From Candidatus Calditenuis fumarioli (GTDB lineage Archaea; Thermoproteota; Nitrososphaeria_A; Caldarchaeales; Calditenuaceae), in contig JANVYR010000002.1 of the NCBI GenBank assembly GCA_030059665.1, positions 511,521 to 575,520 of the forward strand: DNA of 64,000 nt, in the 5' to 3' direction. Positions 19,715-28,732 of the stretch are shown here, piece after piece. Numbering within the stretch: position 1 is the stretch's first letter; each line of letters opens with the position of its first letter. Position numbers and translations under genes: made by a program. The notes under the pieces were generated by a model. The model saw only the letters and a list, made by a program, of their open reading frames with translations. It was not told the DNA's origin and did not search any database.

Positions 19715-19919
19715 GCCTCCTCTCGTTCAGTATCGTCAAGACCCTCGCGAGCCTCCTGCGCAGGTTCCTCAGGCGCATCGGGTTCTCGACCCGGCCGCCG
19801 GCCCTCACCTCAGTCCGGAGCTTCCTGATCTCAGTCCTGATCTCGGAGACCTCCTTCAGCAGCTCCTGGTCGGACTTCCTCCTCAGCTCCGCGACCTCAC
19901 GGACCAACTCCCTCACCAC
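19698..19919 (-). CDS. rpl29: 50S ribosomal protein L29 (uL29)
   Basis: ELRRKSDQEL..GGRVENPMRLRNLRRRLARVLTILNE. Confidence 0.95.
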   Translation of the reverse strand: MVRELVREVAELRRKSDQELLKEVSEIRTEIRKLRTEVRAGGRVENPMRLRNLRRRLARVLTILNERRRAASR

Positions 19920-20511
19920 CTCCCTTGACCTGGAGCTCCTCCGGCAGGGGCTCCTCCGGCGGGTATATGATCACCTTCACGCCGTAGATCCCGGCAGGGA
20001 GCTGGACGTGTGCGACGCCCTTCCTCGCTCTGGTGGCGTAATAACCTGACTTGGGAACGATCCCCGCCGTGTACTTCTCAGATCTGGCCCTGGCCGAAGT
20101 GAGCTTCCCCGAGATGACGATCTCGGCGCCCCTCGCACCGGCCTCCATGATGCGCCTGAGGGCCCAGAAGGCGATCCGCCTCCACCTTACACCGGAGACC
20201 ATGGCCTGCGCTATCCTCCGCGCCATGACCTGCGGGTTGAGCTCGGGCCTCTCGACCTCGGAGACGACGATCTGGAGGTTCTCGAACTTGAACCTCTGCT
20301 CGAGCATCGACTGGAGCTCCTTGATCCTCTTTCCCCTCGGGCCTATCACGAGACCTGGCCTCATCGAGTAGATCGTCACGGTGGTGCCGATCGGTGTGGT
20401 GGTCACGTCGATGCGGCCGATGAAGGCGTCCCTGAGCTGGTTCCTGATGAACTCCTCTACCTCAGCCTTGAGCCGAGCCTTGTTCAGCAACCGCTTCGTT
20501 GTGGAGTCCAA
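19897..20511 (-). CDS. rps3: 30S ribosomal protein S3 (uS3)
   Basis: KH domain RPGLVIGPRGKRI, PELNPQVMA, GARGAEIVISGKL, GIYGVKV. Confidence 0.97.
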   Translation of the reverse strand: MDSTTKRLLNKARLKAEVEEFIRNQLRDAFIGRIDVTTTPIGTTVTIYSMRPGLVIGPRGKRIKELQSMLEQRFKFENLQIVVSEVERPELNPQVMARRIAQAMVSGVRWRRIAFWALRRIMEAGARGAEIVISGKLTSARARSEKYTAGIVPKSGYYATRARKGVAHVQLPAGIYGVKVIIYPPEEPLPEELQVKGGGEGVGP

Positions 20512-20596
20512 CCGTCGGATGCCAACCCTCAGGACCTTTTAAAGTTCAGCGGGCTCCCGCGTTCGCTGACGCCGATGGACCGATACGACCTGCTGC

Positions 20597-20751
20597 CAAC
20601 CTGCCGATCACCGGGTGGTCCGAGATCGACGACGTGACCAGCTAAGACCTCCATCATCTTACCGTCCGGGACTTCGGCAGTCACGAGGCGGGCCTTCGTG
20701 ATCGACGGTGACCGGACCATCTCCGAGGCCAGGAACTACGTGGACTTCTGA
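20597..20751 (+). pseudogene. Possible degraded peroxiredoxin (AhpC/Bcp) C-terminal fragment
   Basis: Two frames give ANLPITGWSEIDDVT and AKTSII..TRRAFVIDGDRTI, resembling Prx NLPFxLLSD..VAK..RAVFVIDxDGxI; no intact start or catalytic Cys. Confidence 0.25.
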
Positions 20752-20788
20752 GCGCTCGATCCCGAAGGGCGGGTTCGTCATCGGACCG

Positions 20789-22009
20789 CTAGCCGGCCGG
20801 CTGTACCGCACCGGTCTGCTGTCCAGCGCGATCGGGGCTCGATCCCGTGAGCCACGCCAGGAACCCGCCCACCAAAGCAACCACACCAACGACGTAGTAC
20901 GCTGGGACGAAGCTGCCCGTGACGTCCCTCACCCATCCGATCAACCACGGCGAGAGCCCACCCATCTGGCCGATGAAGTTGTTCAGGCCATAGGCGGTCC
21001 CGAGCACAGAGGGTTGCACGAGCTTGGCTATCGTGGAGTAGAGCGGAGACCAGAGGCCCCACTGCCAGAAGCCAGCACCGAAGACCAGGACCGCTAACGT
21101 CCAGGGATCGGCACCAGCGCTGAGCGCGTAACCGAAGAGCGCCCAGAATAGGCCCTGAAGCGCAATCGAGGCGCCCAACCACAGCTTGAGGCTCATCCCC
21201 CGCTTAGTGAGGGCATCTGAGACGAGGCCGCTGACCACGAGACCGACTGGACTCGCGAAGCCGAAGAGAGACGTTAAGGTGGAGGCCCAGCCGATCTCAA
21301 TGCCGCGCTCAGTCAGAACTGTGGGAAGCCATAGGACCGACCAGAGGGAGAAGAGCGCACAGAAGGCGGCCCCGTTCAGCAGCCACAGGTCCCTGATCCC
21401 GAAGACCTTGATGACCTCAGCCCTGCTGATCCGTCCGGACGTATGGGTTTCTGGCTCCCTGAGAACCCTCGATATGAGCAGGCTGGCGACGAACGAGGGG
21501 ATTGCGGCCATGGCGACCGCCAGGCGCCAACCCAGCCAGCTGACCAGCGCGCCACCGACGATCATTCCCAACCCGAGACCGATTCCCAGGCCGGAGAAGG
21601 AGATGCCTTGACCGAGGCCCATCTTCTCCCGTGGAGTGTAATGCGCGATCACAGGCCTGTCGTTCCCGAAGTAGGTGCCCATCGCTAGGCCCTTGAGGAA
21701 CCTGGTCGCTGAGGCTACGGCGAACGTCGGCGAGAGGGCGGTTCCGATGGTGGCGGTCCCCCAAAGCACAGGTCCTAGTACGAGGATCCTCTTCCGTCCG
21801 TACCGGTCGCCTATATATCCCGCGGGGAGCTGCATCGAGAAGTAACCCACCAGCATTAGCGTCATCAGCCCAAGCCCCGCCAGCTCGTGGGAAACCCCGA
21901 ACTCGTCGCGAATGTATGGCAACGCCGGTGAGACGATGGTCCTGCAGACGTAGTTCGTGATCCATCCGAAGAGCATGACGGTCCACAGGACGATGTAATA
22001 ACGCACCAC
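20789..22009 (-). CDS. Major facilitator superfamily transporter
   Basis: About 12 hydrophobic segments, motif A GYIGDRYGRKRIL. Confidence 0.92.
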   Translation of the reverse strand: MVRYYIVLWTVMLFGWITNYVCRTIVSPALPYIRDEFGVSHELAGLGLMTLMLVGYFSMQLPAGYIGDRYGRKRILVLGPVLWGTATIGTALSPTFAVASATRFLKGLAMGTYFGNDRPVIAHYTPREKMGLGQGISFSGLGIGLGLGMIVGGALVSWLGWRLAVAMAAIPSFVASLLISRVLREPETHTSGRISRAEVIKVFGIRDLWLLNGAAFCALFSLWSVLWLPTVLTERGIEIGWASTLTSLFGFASPVGLVVSGLVSDALTKRGMSLKLWLGASIALQGLFWALFGYALSAGADPWTLAVLVFGAGFWQWGLWSPLYSTIAKLVQPSVLGTAYGLNNFIGQMGGLSPWLIGWVRDVTGSFVPAYYVVGVVALVGGFLAWLTGSSPDRAGQQTGAVQPAG

Positions 22010-22117
22010 GCGACCTAGGAAATACGGCCACTATAAAATTCTGCGATCTCGCCGCATGCTGGAAGACGGGATACCAGGTTCCCTGACATAAGAGAAGGTT
22101 CACAATACGCTCTGGTG

Positions 22118-22468
<351 letters not shown>

Positions 22469-23695
22469 CTACGTCACGTACTCCGCATGCTGCGATATAT
22501 CGAGCCCTACCATCTCCTCCTGGACAGTTACTCTCATCCCGACGACGGCATCGAGAGCCTTGACCAGCAGGAGAGTCACCACGCCAGCGTAAGCCCAAGT
22601 CGCGACCACGCCGGAGAGCTGGACGATCAGGAGGGAGGGGTTCCCGGCCAGCAGTCCATTGGCACCGAGCGGGTTGACAGAGGACTCCGCGAAGAGGCCG
22701 GTGGCTATGGAGCCCCACGTACCTCCCACGCCGTGGACCCCCCATACGTCCAGCGAGTCGTCAACACCCATCCTCTGTCTCGCGTTGACCGCGAGGAAGC
22801 ACAGCGCGCCCGCCACCAATCCGATCAGCGCAGCCGAGATCGGCCTGACGAAGCCAGCTGCAGGGGTGACCGCTACGAGGCCAGCCACTGCACCACTGGC
22901 TGCTGCTATGCTGCTGAACTTGCCCCTGACGTAGTAACTGACCAGCATCCACGATAGGGCACCGGCGGAGGCGGCGACGTGCGTGTTCAGAAAAGCCGTG
23001 GATGCGAGACCGTCGGCTGCGAGGGCGCTGCCCGCGTTGAACCCGAACCACCCGAACCAGAGGATGGCAGCCCCCAACATAACGAAGGCTGGATTGCTGG
23101 GCTCGAAGGAGGAGTTGCCGTAGCCTATGCGTCTACCCAGAACGTATGCGGCGGCGAGGGCCGAGACGCCGGAGCTGATGTGGACCACTGTCCCGCCAGC
23201 GAAGTCCAGGGCTCCCATCGACCTGAGCCAGCCGCCATCACCCCAGACCCAGTGCGCTATAGGCGAGTACACTAGAGTCGACCAGAGAGCTATGAAGAGC
23301 AGGAACGGACCGAACCTGACCCTCTCGGCGAAGGCACCGGCGATCAGTGCTGGGGTTATCACGGCGAACATCATCTGGAAGACCGCGAAGGTCGAGTGCG
23401 CCACCGCCCCAGAGTAAGCGGGATTAGGGTCTGGGCCGACGCCTTTGAGGGCTAGCCATTCAGGGCCGCCCACCCATCCGAACCTGTCCGGACCGAAGGC
23501 TAACGTGTAGCCCCACAGCACCCAGACCAGCGAGACCACGGCGACCGTTGCGAAGCACTGGAACACCGTCGAGACCACGTTCTTCTTCCTGGCGAGACCC
23601 GCATAGAAGAAGCCGAGTCCGGGCGTCATGATCATCACGAGTGCCGACGAGGTCAGAAGCCACGCCATGTCTCCCGGGTTCGGAGACGCCGTCAT
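22469..23695 (-). CDS. amt: Ammonium transporter (Amt)
   Basis: MTPGLGFFYAG, FQMMFAVITPAL, DFAGGTVVHISSG, WFGWFGFNAGS, DDSLDVWGVHG. Confidence 0.97.
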   Translation of the reverse strand: MTASPNPGDMAWLLTSSALVMIMTPGLGFFYAGLARKKNVVSTVFQCFATVAVVSLVWVLWGYTLAFGPDRFGWVGGPEWLALKGVGPDPNPAYSGAVAHSTFAVFQMMFAVITPALIAGAFAERVRFGPFLLFIALWSTLVYSPIAHWVWGDGGWLRSMGALDFAGGTVVHISSGVSALAAAYVLGRRIGYGNSSFEPSNPAFVMLGAAILWFGWFGFNAGSALAADGLASTAFLNTHVAASAGALSWMLVSYYVRGKFSSIAAASGAVAGLVAVTPAAGFVRPISAALIGLVAGALCFLAVNARQRMGVDDSLDVWGVHGVGGTWGSIATGLFAESSVNPLGANGLLAGNPSLLIVQLSGVVATWAYAGVVTLLLVKALDAVVGMRVTVQEEMVGLDISQHAEYVT

Positions 23696-23743
23696 CGGGC
23701 ATCCCGCACCTAACTGCCGTTAATGAGAATTTCGTGGGGCATT

Positions 23744-23816
23744 GACAGTTGTTCAGCAATAGTCCTCTTCGATGGTCTAAAAATGCTAATCTCAACCTAT
23801 TTTCTGAACAATTGTA
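23744..23816. promoter_or_regulatory. Inverted pair of 13-mers upstream of amt-glnK (candidate operators)
   Basis: GACAGTTGTTCAG (23744-23756) and CTGAACAATTGTA (23804-23816; reverse complement TACAATTGTTCAG), 11/13 identical. Confidence 0.45.
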
Positions 23817-23938
23817 GGAGCTGGCTAGGAGCTGATGAACGGGGACTCTGAAGCGGACCCACCGAGAAGTCCGAGAAAGCCGACGGGCGTCGGATCCGGA
23901 GAATGGCGAGATCTGAAGACGTTCGAGCAAACGGGGAG

Positions 23939-25069
23939 TCACCTCCTCGACCTGAGAAGAAGCGCGATGGAGGCGGCCTGTACGGCGACGGAGTACGCGA
24001 AGAGGTGCTCCCGTCCCAGGTTGAGGTCCATCATCCACCCGAACGCAAGCCCGGCCGCAGCGCTGCCGAGACCGATTCCGAGGCCGAAGAGGCCGTAGGC
24101 GCTGCCGATCCTCCGAAGGCCGGCGAGCTCGGCGACCGCAGCCCTGAAGATCGACTCCTGTGCGCCGATCACGACGCCCACCAACGCGGAGGCGAGCAGC
24201 AGGTCTCCTATCGAGAAGGTCACCAGCAGCGGCGGGACAACGGAGAGGGCCATCGCCAGCCCAACCGTCGAGGGGCCGTACCGGTCGTAGAGGCGGCCCA
24301 GCAGCGGTGCGGCGGCGGCATCGGTGACCATCGCCAGCGTGTACGCAGCCGGTATCAGCCACGAGCCCTCTCCAGCCACCTGGGATATCCTGTACAGCAC
24401 CAGCTGGACAGGGATCAGGCCAGCGACGTTGAGGGAGGCCGCGAGGACGTACAGGTGAATTCCCCTGTCACCACCCGCACCGGCACCTTCGACGCTCTCC
24501 ACGCGGTAGCTCGGCAACCTCGTCAAAGCTAGGAGCAGAGCGGCGTAGGGGAGGAGGGAGTAGAGCAGGGCAGTCCTAACGTCTCCGGGGTGAAGCGTCA
24601 GCCCCAGGGCTATGATGAGCGGGCCGCCCGCAGCGCCGATCTGGTCGAGGAGCTCGTGGACGCCGAACGCGGTGCCCGATCCGACCTGACCCCTGAGCCT
24701 CGCCAGCATCACGTCCCTCGGAGGTATCCGCAGTCCCCTAGCGATCCTCTCCGCGAAGACGAGGACCGCCAGGACCTCCCATCCCGGGGCTAGCGCCATC
24801 AGCGGGACCACCAGGAGCGCCGCGTAACCCGCCCTCACGATCAGGTCCGCTCTGCGCACCCTCTCTGTGAGGAGGCCTCCCAGGGGCCTCGAAAGCCAGC
24901 CTCCGAGCTCTGCCAGGCCCACGATCGCTCCGACGCCGGCCGCCGTGACGCCCATGGACCTGAAGAGGTCCGGGACCACCGACCGGCCGCCCTCGTAGAC
25001 CGCGTCGCCCAGCAGGCTCACCAGCCCTATGAGCAGAACCGCCCTCAGACCCGAGTCGCCTCTGCGCAT
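23939..25069 (-). CDS. Major facilitator superfamily transporter
   Basis: GLVSLLGDAVYEGGRS, ERIARGLRIPPRD, G.AFGVHELLDQIGA, GRLYDRYG. Confidence 0.88.
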   Translation of the reverse strand: MRRGDSGLRAVLLIGLVSLLGDAVYEGGRSVVPDLFRSMGVTAAGVGAIVGLAELGGWLSRPLGGLLTERVRRADLIVRAGYAALLVVPLMALAPGWEVLAVLVFAERIARGLRIPPRDVMLARLRGQVGSGTAFGVHELLDQIGAAGGPLIIALGLTLHPGDVRTALLYSLLPYAALLLALTRLPSYRVESVEGAGAGGDRGIHLYVLAASLNVAGLIPVQLVLYRISQVAGEGSWLIPAAYTLAMVTDAAAAPLLGRLYDRYGPSTVGLAMALSVVPPLLVTFSIGDLLLASALVGVVIGAQESIFRAAVAELAGLRRIGSAYGLFGLGIGLGSAAAGLAFGWMMDLNLGREHLFAYSVAVQAASIALLLRSRR

Positions 25070-25101
25070 CCAACGGGGCTTCCCATCACCATCTTTTATT
25101 C

Positions 25102-25920
25102 GTGGTTGAACGGTGGACCTCCGTGGACGTCCTGCTGGTCTACTCCAAAGCCAAGCCGGAGTCGTTCGACCTGATAGGTCGGATCGAGTCTCACGTTCGG
25201 GATTCCGGTCATCACGTGACGAAGGTCGCGATGGAGGAGTTCGGTACAGAGAGGTACGCGGCGGACATGGCGGTCGCTGTGGGCGGAGACGGCACCATCC
25301 TCAGGACGTTTCACCACCTCGAGGACCCAGAGGTCCCCGTGCTGCCGATATCGTTCGGGAGGGGAGGTTACCTGGCGGAGGTGGGACCCACTGAGGCGAT
25401 GAGGGCCCTCGAGATGACCCTCTCCGGCTCCTACTACCTCGAGCGGCTCATGAGGCTCAGGGTGGAGGTCGACGGAGCCCACCTCACCGACGGGGTCAAC
25501 GACGCCTACGTCTCCTCAAAGGAGCCGGGGAAGGTGATCGAGTGCTCCCTCTCGATCGACGGCCTGGTTCTGCAGGGGATCGTCTGCGACGGCCTGGTCT
25601 TCTCGACGCCCGCTGGCTCGACGGCGTACAACTTCTCCTGCGGAGGGCCCGCGGTGGACGACGCGCTGGAGTCGATCTCGATAGCACCGGTCGCTCCCAT
25701 CACGTACTTCAGGCCCCTGGTGGTCTCGGCGCAGAGGACGCTCGAGGTCGAGCTCACGAGCGGCAGCGGATCCGTGCTCGTGGACGGGTACGTCAGGGGC
25801 GACGTGAAGGGACAGGTTAGGGTCGCCAAGTCGCCGGTGGGAGCGTACCTGGTCAGGATAGGCCGCGCCCCACTCTTCCAGATGCGCCTCAGGAAGAGGC
25901 TGGGCATGATAGTGAGATGA
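25102..25920 (+). CDS. nadK: NAD kinase
   Basis: GGDGTILR, GRGGYL, GVND, CDGLVFSTPAGSTAYNFSCGGP. Confidence 0.93.
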   Translation: MVERWTSVDVLLVYSKAKPESFDLIGRIESHVRDSGHHVTKVAMEEFGTERYAADMAVAVGGDGTILRTFHHLEDPEVPVLPISFGRGGYLAEVGPTEAMRALEMTLSGSYYLERLMRLRVEVDGAHLTDGVNDAYVSSKEPGKVIECSLSIDGLVLQGIVCDGLVFSTPAGSTAYNFSCGGPAVDDALESISIAPVAPITYFRPLVVSAQRTLEVELTSGSGSVLVDGYVRGDVKGQVRVAKSPVGAYLVRIGRAPLFQMRLRKRLGMIVR

Positions 25921-26321
25921 CGGCGAAGAGGGTGGTGCTGGACTCCACGCCGATCATCGTCGGCTCCGTCTCGGGAGGGACCGGGTTGGCGCTGTACGCT
26001 CCGCCAGGTGTCGTCTCGGAGGTCCTCAACACCACGTCCGAGCTCCAGCGATCACGGGTCGAGGCGCTGCTGGGCTCCGGCGCCATCACAGTCAGGGCGC
26101 CGAAGACGTCCAGCCTGGAAAGGGTCCGGGCGGTCATGAACAGGGACGAGCGGGAGAAGGCCTCGGAGGCCGACGTGGAGGTCCTTGCCCTGGCCCTTGA
26201 GCTGAAGGAGGAGGGCAACGACGTCTTGCTCCTATCGGACGACTCCCTGGTCCAGAGGGTGGCCGAGAAGCTCGGGATCGCGTGCAGGGGCGTGAAGTAC
26301 CCGCAGAGGCCCGGAGCCTGA
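25917..26321 (+). CDS. PIN-domain nuclease, Nob1-like (no Zn ribbon)
   Basis: VVLDST, VVSEV, SEADVEVLALALE, LLSDD..VQRVAEKLGI. Confidence 0.8.
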   Translation: MTAKRVVLDSTPIIVGSVSGGTGLALYAPPGVVSEVLNTTSELQRSRVEALLGSGAITVRAPKTSSLERVRAVMNRDEREKASEADVEVLALALELKEEGNDVLLLSDDSLVQRVAEKLGIACRGVKYPQRPGA

Positions 26322-26418
26322 GGGACGGCAGAACGCAACAGTACGTCCAGGAGGTCTACTGCGCCGCCGATCCGTTCCGTCGTTACGCTAATATCGGGGC
26401 TTTTTGTTCTGGGTAACG

Positions 26419-26676
26419 ATGTCCGACAAGACGCTGGGCCTGCTCCTGCTGATCGGGTCCGTCGTGGGCATACTGCTGTACGGCTGGCTCGTCTTCCTCA
26501 GCCCCTGGTCGTTCCTCGTGATCCAGATAACCGCGTTCGCCGGGATAGCGCTGCTGCTGGGGATACTGGCCTGGATAGGGTACACGCTGGCGTCGACGCC
26601 TCCGCCTGAGCCAATTCCGGGACTGGAGCAGCTGGAGAGCCAGCAGACCGGAACGCAGGAGGAGAAGAAGCAGTAG
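26419..26676 (+). CDS. Conserved small archaeal membrane protein (2 TM, TPPP motif)
   Basis: MSDKTLGLLLLIGSVVGILLYGWLVF..LAWIGYTLASTPPP. Confidence 0.75.
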   Translation: MSDKTLGLLLLIGSVVGILLYGWLVFLSPWSFLVIQITAFAGIALLLGILAWIGYTLASTPPPEPIPGLEQLESQQTGTQEEKKQ

Positions 26677-26686
26677 CGGGCATCCA

Positions 26687-27403
26687 TCAGAGCTTGGAGC
26701 CGCAGTAAGGGCAGTAAGCCGCCTTAGCGGGCACCTCTTTCCTGCAGTTGAGGCAGACCGTCAGGACCTCCTCCTCTTCCTCCTGCACTTCCTCGGAAAC
26801 CGCAGTTACCTCCTTCTCGGTCGGGGTCTTCACCTCCACCTCAGCAGGTGCGGCACCCACTTGCTCCTGCACCTGAGGAGACTCCCCGGGTTCGGGCTGG
26901 GGCGATTCCGGCTTCGTCGGCTCCTTGACCTCCTCCACCATCTCCGCCCGTTCGGTCACGGGACCGGCTTCCTCGACTGGTTGCTCCTCGGGGCCCGCGA
27001 CCTCCTCCGGTAGGGCTACGGCCCTAGGTCCCAAGGCATGGGAGACGAGGCCTGCGAGCGCAGCCGAAGCGAGGAGCAGCGCCAGGGACGAGATCGGAAC
27101 CGAGACCCCCGCGGACCCGAGCAGTCCCACCAGAAGCCCTTCGTCAGGAGCGAAGGACCCGAAAGCGAGGGCGCTGACGATGTAGCCTGCGGTCACGCCC
27201 AGCAACGCGGCAGAGGACCCCGCACCGAAGGACCGCATCAGAAGACCCGGGATCAGCAGCGTCGCAGCCACCAGCACCACGTCCCAAAAGGGCCTCAGCG
27301 GAGCCATCAGATCTCCGCGGCCGGCCCAACCCAACAGGGGCATCAGCAGCACGAGCAGGGCCACTGCGGACGCGGAAGCGATCAGCCTCGACGCCGTGCC
27401 CAT
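26687..27403 (-). CDS. Membrane protein with acidic Pro/Glu linker and C-terminal zinc ribbon
   Basis: About 4 TM helices, E/P-rich linker, CLNC..YCPYCG. Confidence 0.75.
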   Translation of the reverse strand: MGTASRLIASASAVALLVLLMPLLGWAGRGDLMAPLRPFWDVVLVAATLLIPGLLMRSFGAGSSAALLGVTAGYIVSALAFGSFAPDEGLLVGLLGSAGVSVPISSLALLLASAALAGLVSHALGPRAVALPEEVAGPEEQPVEEAGPVTERAEMVEEVKEPTKPESPQPEPGESPQVQEQVGAAPAEVEVKTPTEKEVTAVSEEVQEEEEEVLTVCLNCRKEVPAKAAYCPYCGSKL

Positions 27404-27464
27404 CCCGAGCTCAGCTCTTGACCGGAGACTTAAAAAAGGATCTGATGCCGGGCTTCCTCAGGAC

Positions 27465-28667
27465 TCAGACCTCGAACCCGAAGACCTTCTTCACCAGGTG
27501 CCGGATTATCACCAGGCGCTGGATCTCGGACGTTCCCTCGTAGATCTTCATGATCTGGGTGTCCCTCAGGAACCTCTCCACCATCCCGTCGACCATCACG
27601 CCCACGCCTCCGTGGACCTCTATCCCCTTCAGCGCAGCCCTCTCCGCTGCCTCGGTAGCGAAGAGCTTAGCGAGCGATGCCGCAATCACGGCCTCCGTCG
27701 TCAACCCCCTGTTCAGCATCGTGGCGGCCCAGTAGGTGAGCGTCCTGGCGGCGGCGAGGTCCCTCAGCATGTCGGCGAGGTAGAACTGGATCGCTTGGAA
27801 GGCCAGAATCGGACGCTCGAACGCGATCCTCTGGGCGGCGTAGTTGAGGCTCCTCTCGAAGACCCCCTGGATGACGCCCACCGCCTGCGCGGCGATCCCG
27901 ACCCTTCCGTAGTCGTACGTGACCATCGCTGCCCTGAAGCCGTCGCCGACCTCACCGACCACCGCATCGTCCGGGACCCAGACGTTGTCCAGCACCACCT
28001 CGGAGGGCATCGAACCCCTCAGGCCGGTCACCTGGATCCTCTCGCCGACCCTTAAGCCGGGGGTGCCTTTCTCCACGATGAACATGGTGAGGCCCTTGTG
28101 CCGCTCGTGTCTGCTCGGCGGGTCGCTGGTCCTCGCCAGGACCACGAAGTAGTCCGCCTTGTCGGCACCGGTGATGAAGTACTTCTGGCCTGTGATCACC
28201 CAGCCGCCGTCCTTCCGGACGGCCCTGGTCTTGATGCCGGCGACGTCGCTCCCAGCTCCCGGCTCGGTGGTGGCGTGGGCAGCGAACTTCTCGCCCCTCG
28301 CCAGCGGTGGAATGTACTTCCTCTTCTGCTCCTCGGTGCCGAAGAAGAGCACGGGCGTCGTGAAGAGGCCCCTGACAAGGACCGATGTGACGAAGGCCGG
28401 GCAGACCCTGCTCACCTCCTCGGTGAAGATCACGACGTTCAGGTAGTCCGAGCCCTGACCTCCGTACTCCTCGGGGATCCCGAGGCCCATGAACCCTGCC
28501 TCCGCGGCCCTCGCGTAGAGCTCCCTGGGTATCTCGTTGGTCTGCTCGATCTCCTTGACCCTCGGCTCGAGGTAACGCTCGACGAACTGCCGAACGGTCT
28601 TCCGGAAGAGCTCGTGGTCCTCCGTCAGCTCTATCCTGAAGTCCAGCACCGAATCGAAGGGCAGCAT
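27465..28667 (-). CDS. Acyl-CoA dehydrogenase
   Basis: [67 protein letters not shown]. Confidence 0.95.
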   Translation of the reverse strand: MLPFDSVLDFRIELTEDHELFRKTVRQFVERYLEPRVKEIEQTNEIPRELYARAAEAGFMGLGIPEEYGGQGSDYLNVVIFTEEVSRVCPAFVTSVLVRGLFTTPVLFFGTEEQKRKYIPPLARGEKFAAHATTEPGAGSDVAGIKTRAVRKDGGWVITGQKYFITGADKADYFVVLARTSDPPSRHERHKGLTMFIVEKGTPGLRVGERIQVTGLRGSMPSEVVLDNVWVPDDAVVGEVGDGFRAAMVTYDYGRVGIAAQAVGVIQGVFERSLNYAAQRIAFERPILAFQAIQFYLADMLRDLAAARTLTYWAATMLNRGLTTEAVIAASLAKLFATEAAERAALKGIEVHGGVGVMVDGMVERFLRDTQIMKIYEGTSEIQRLVIIRHLVKKVFGFEV

Positions 28668-28732
28668 CCCGCACCCTATCGGTCAACCGCTTGGGACTTA
28701 GCTGTTTTGCTCGCGGACTGACCGGAGGGAAC

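Noticed and set aside
23833-23880. CTGATGA-ACGGGGACT-CTGA half C/D motif
   Set aside because: No recognisable C' box, the guide is short, and I found no target.
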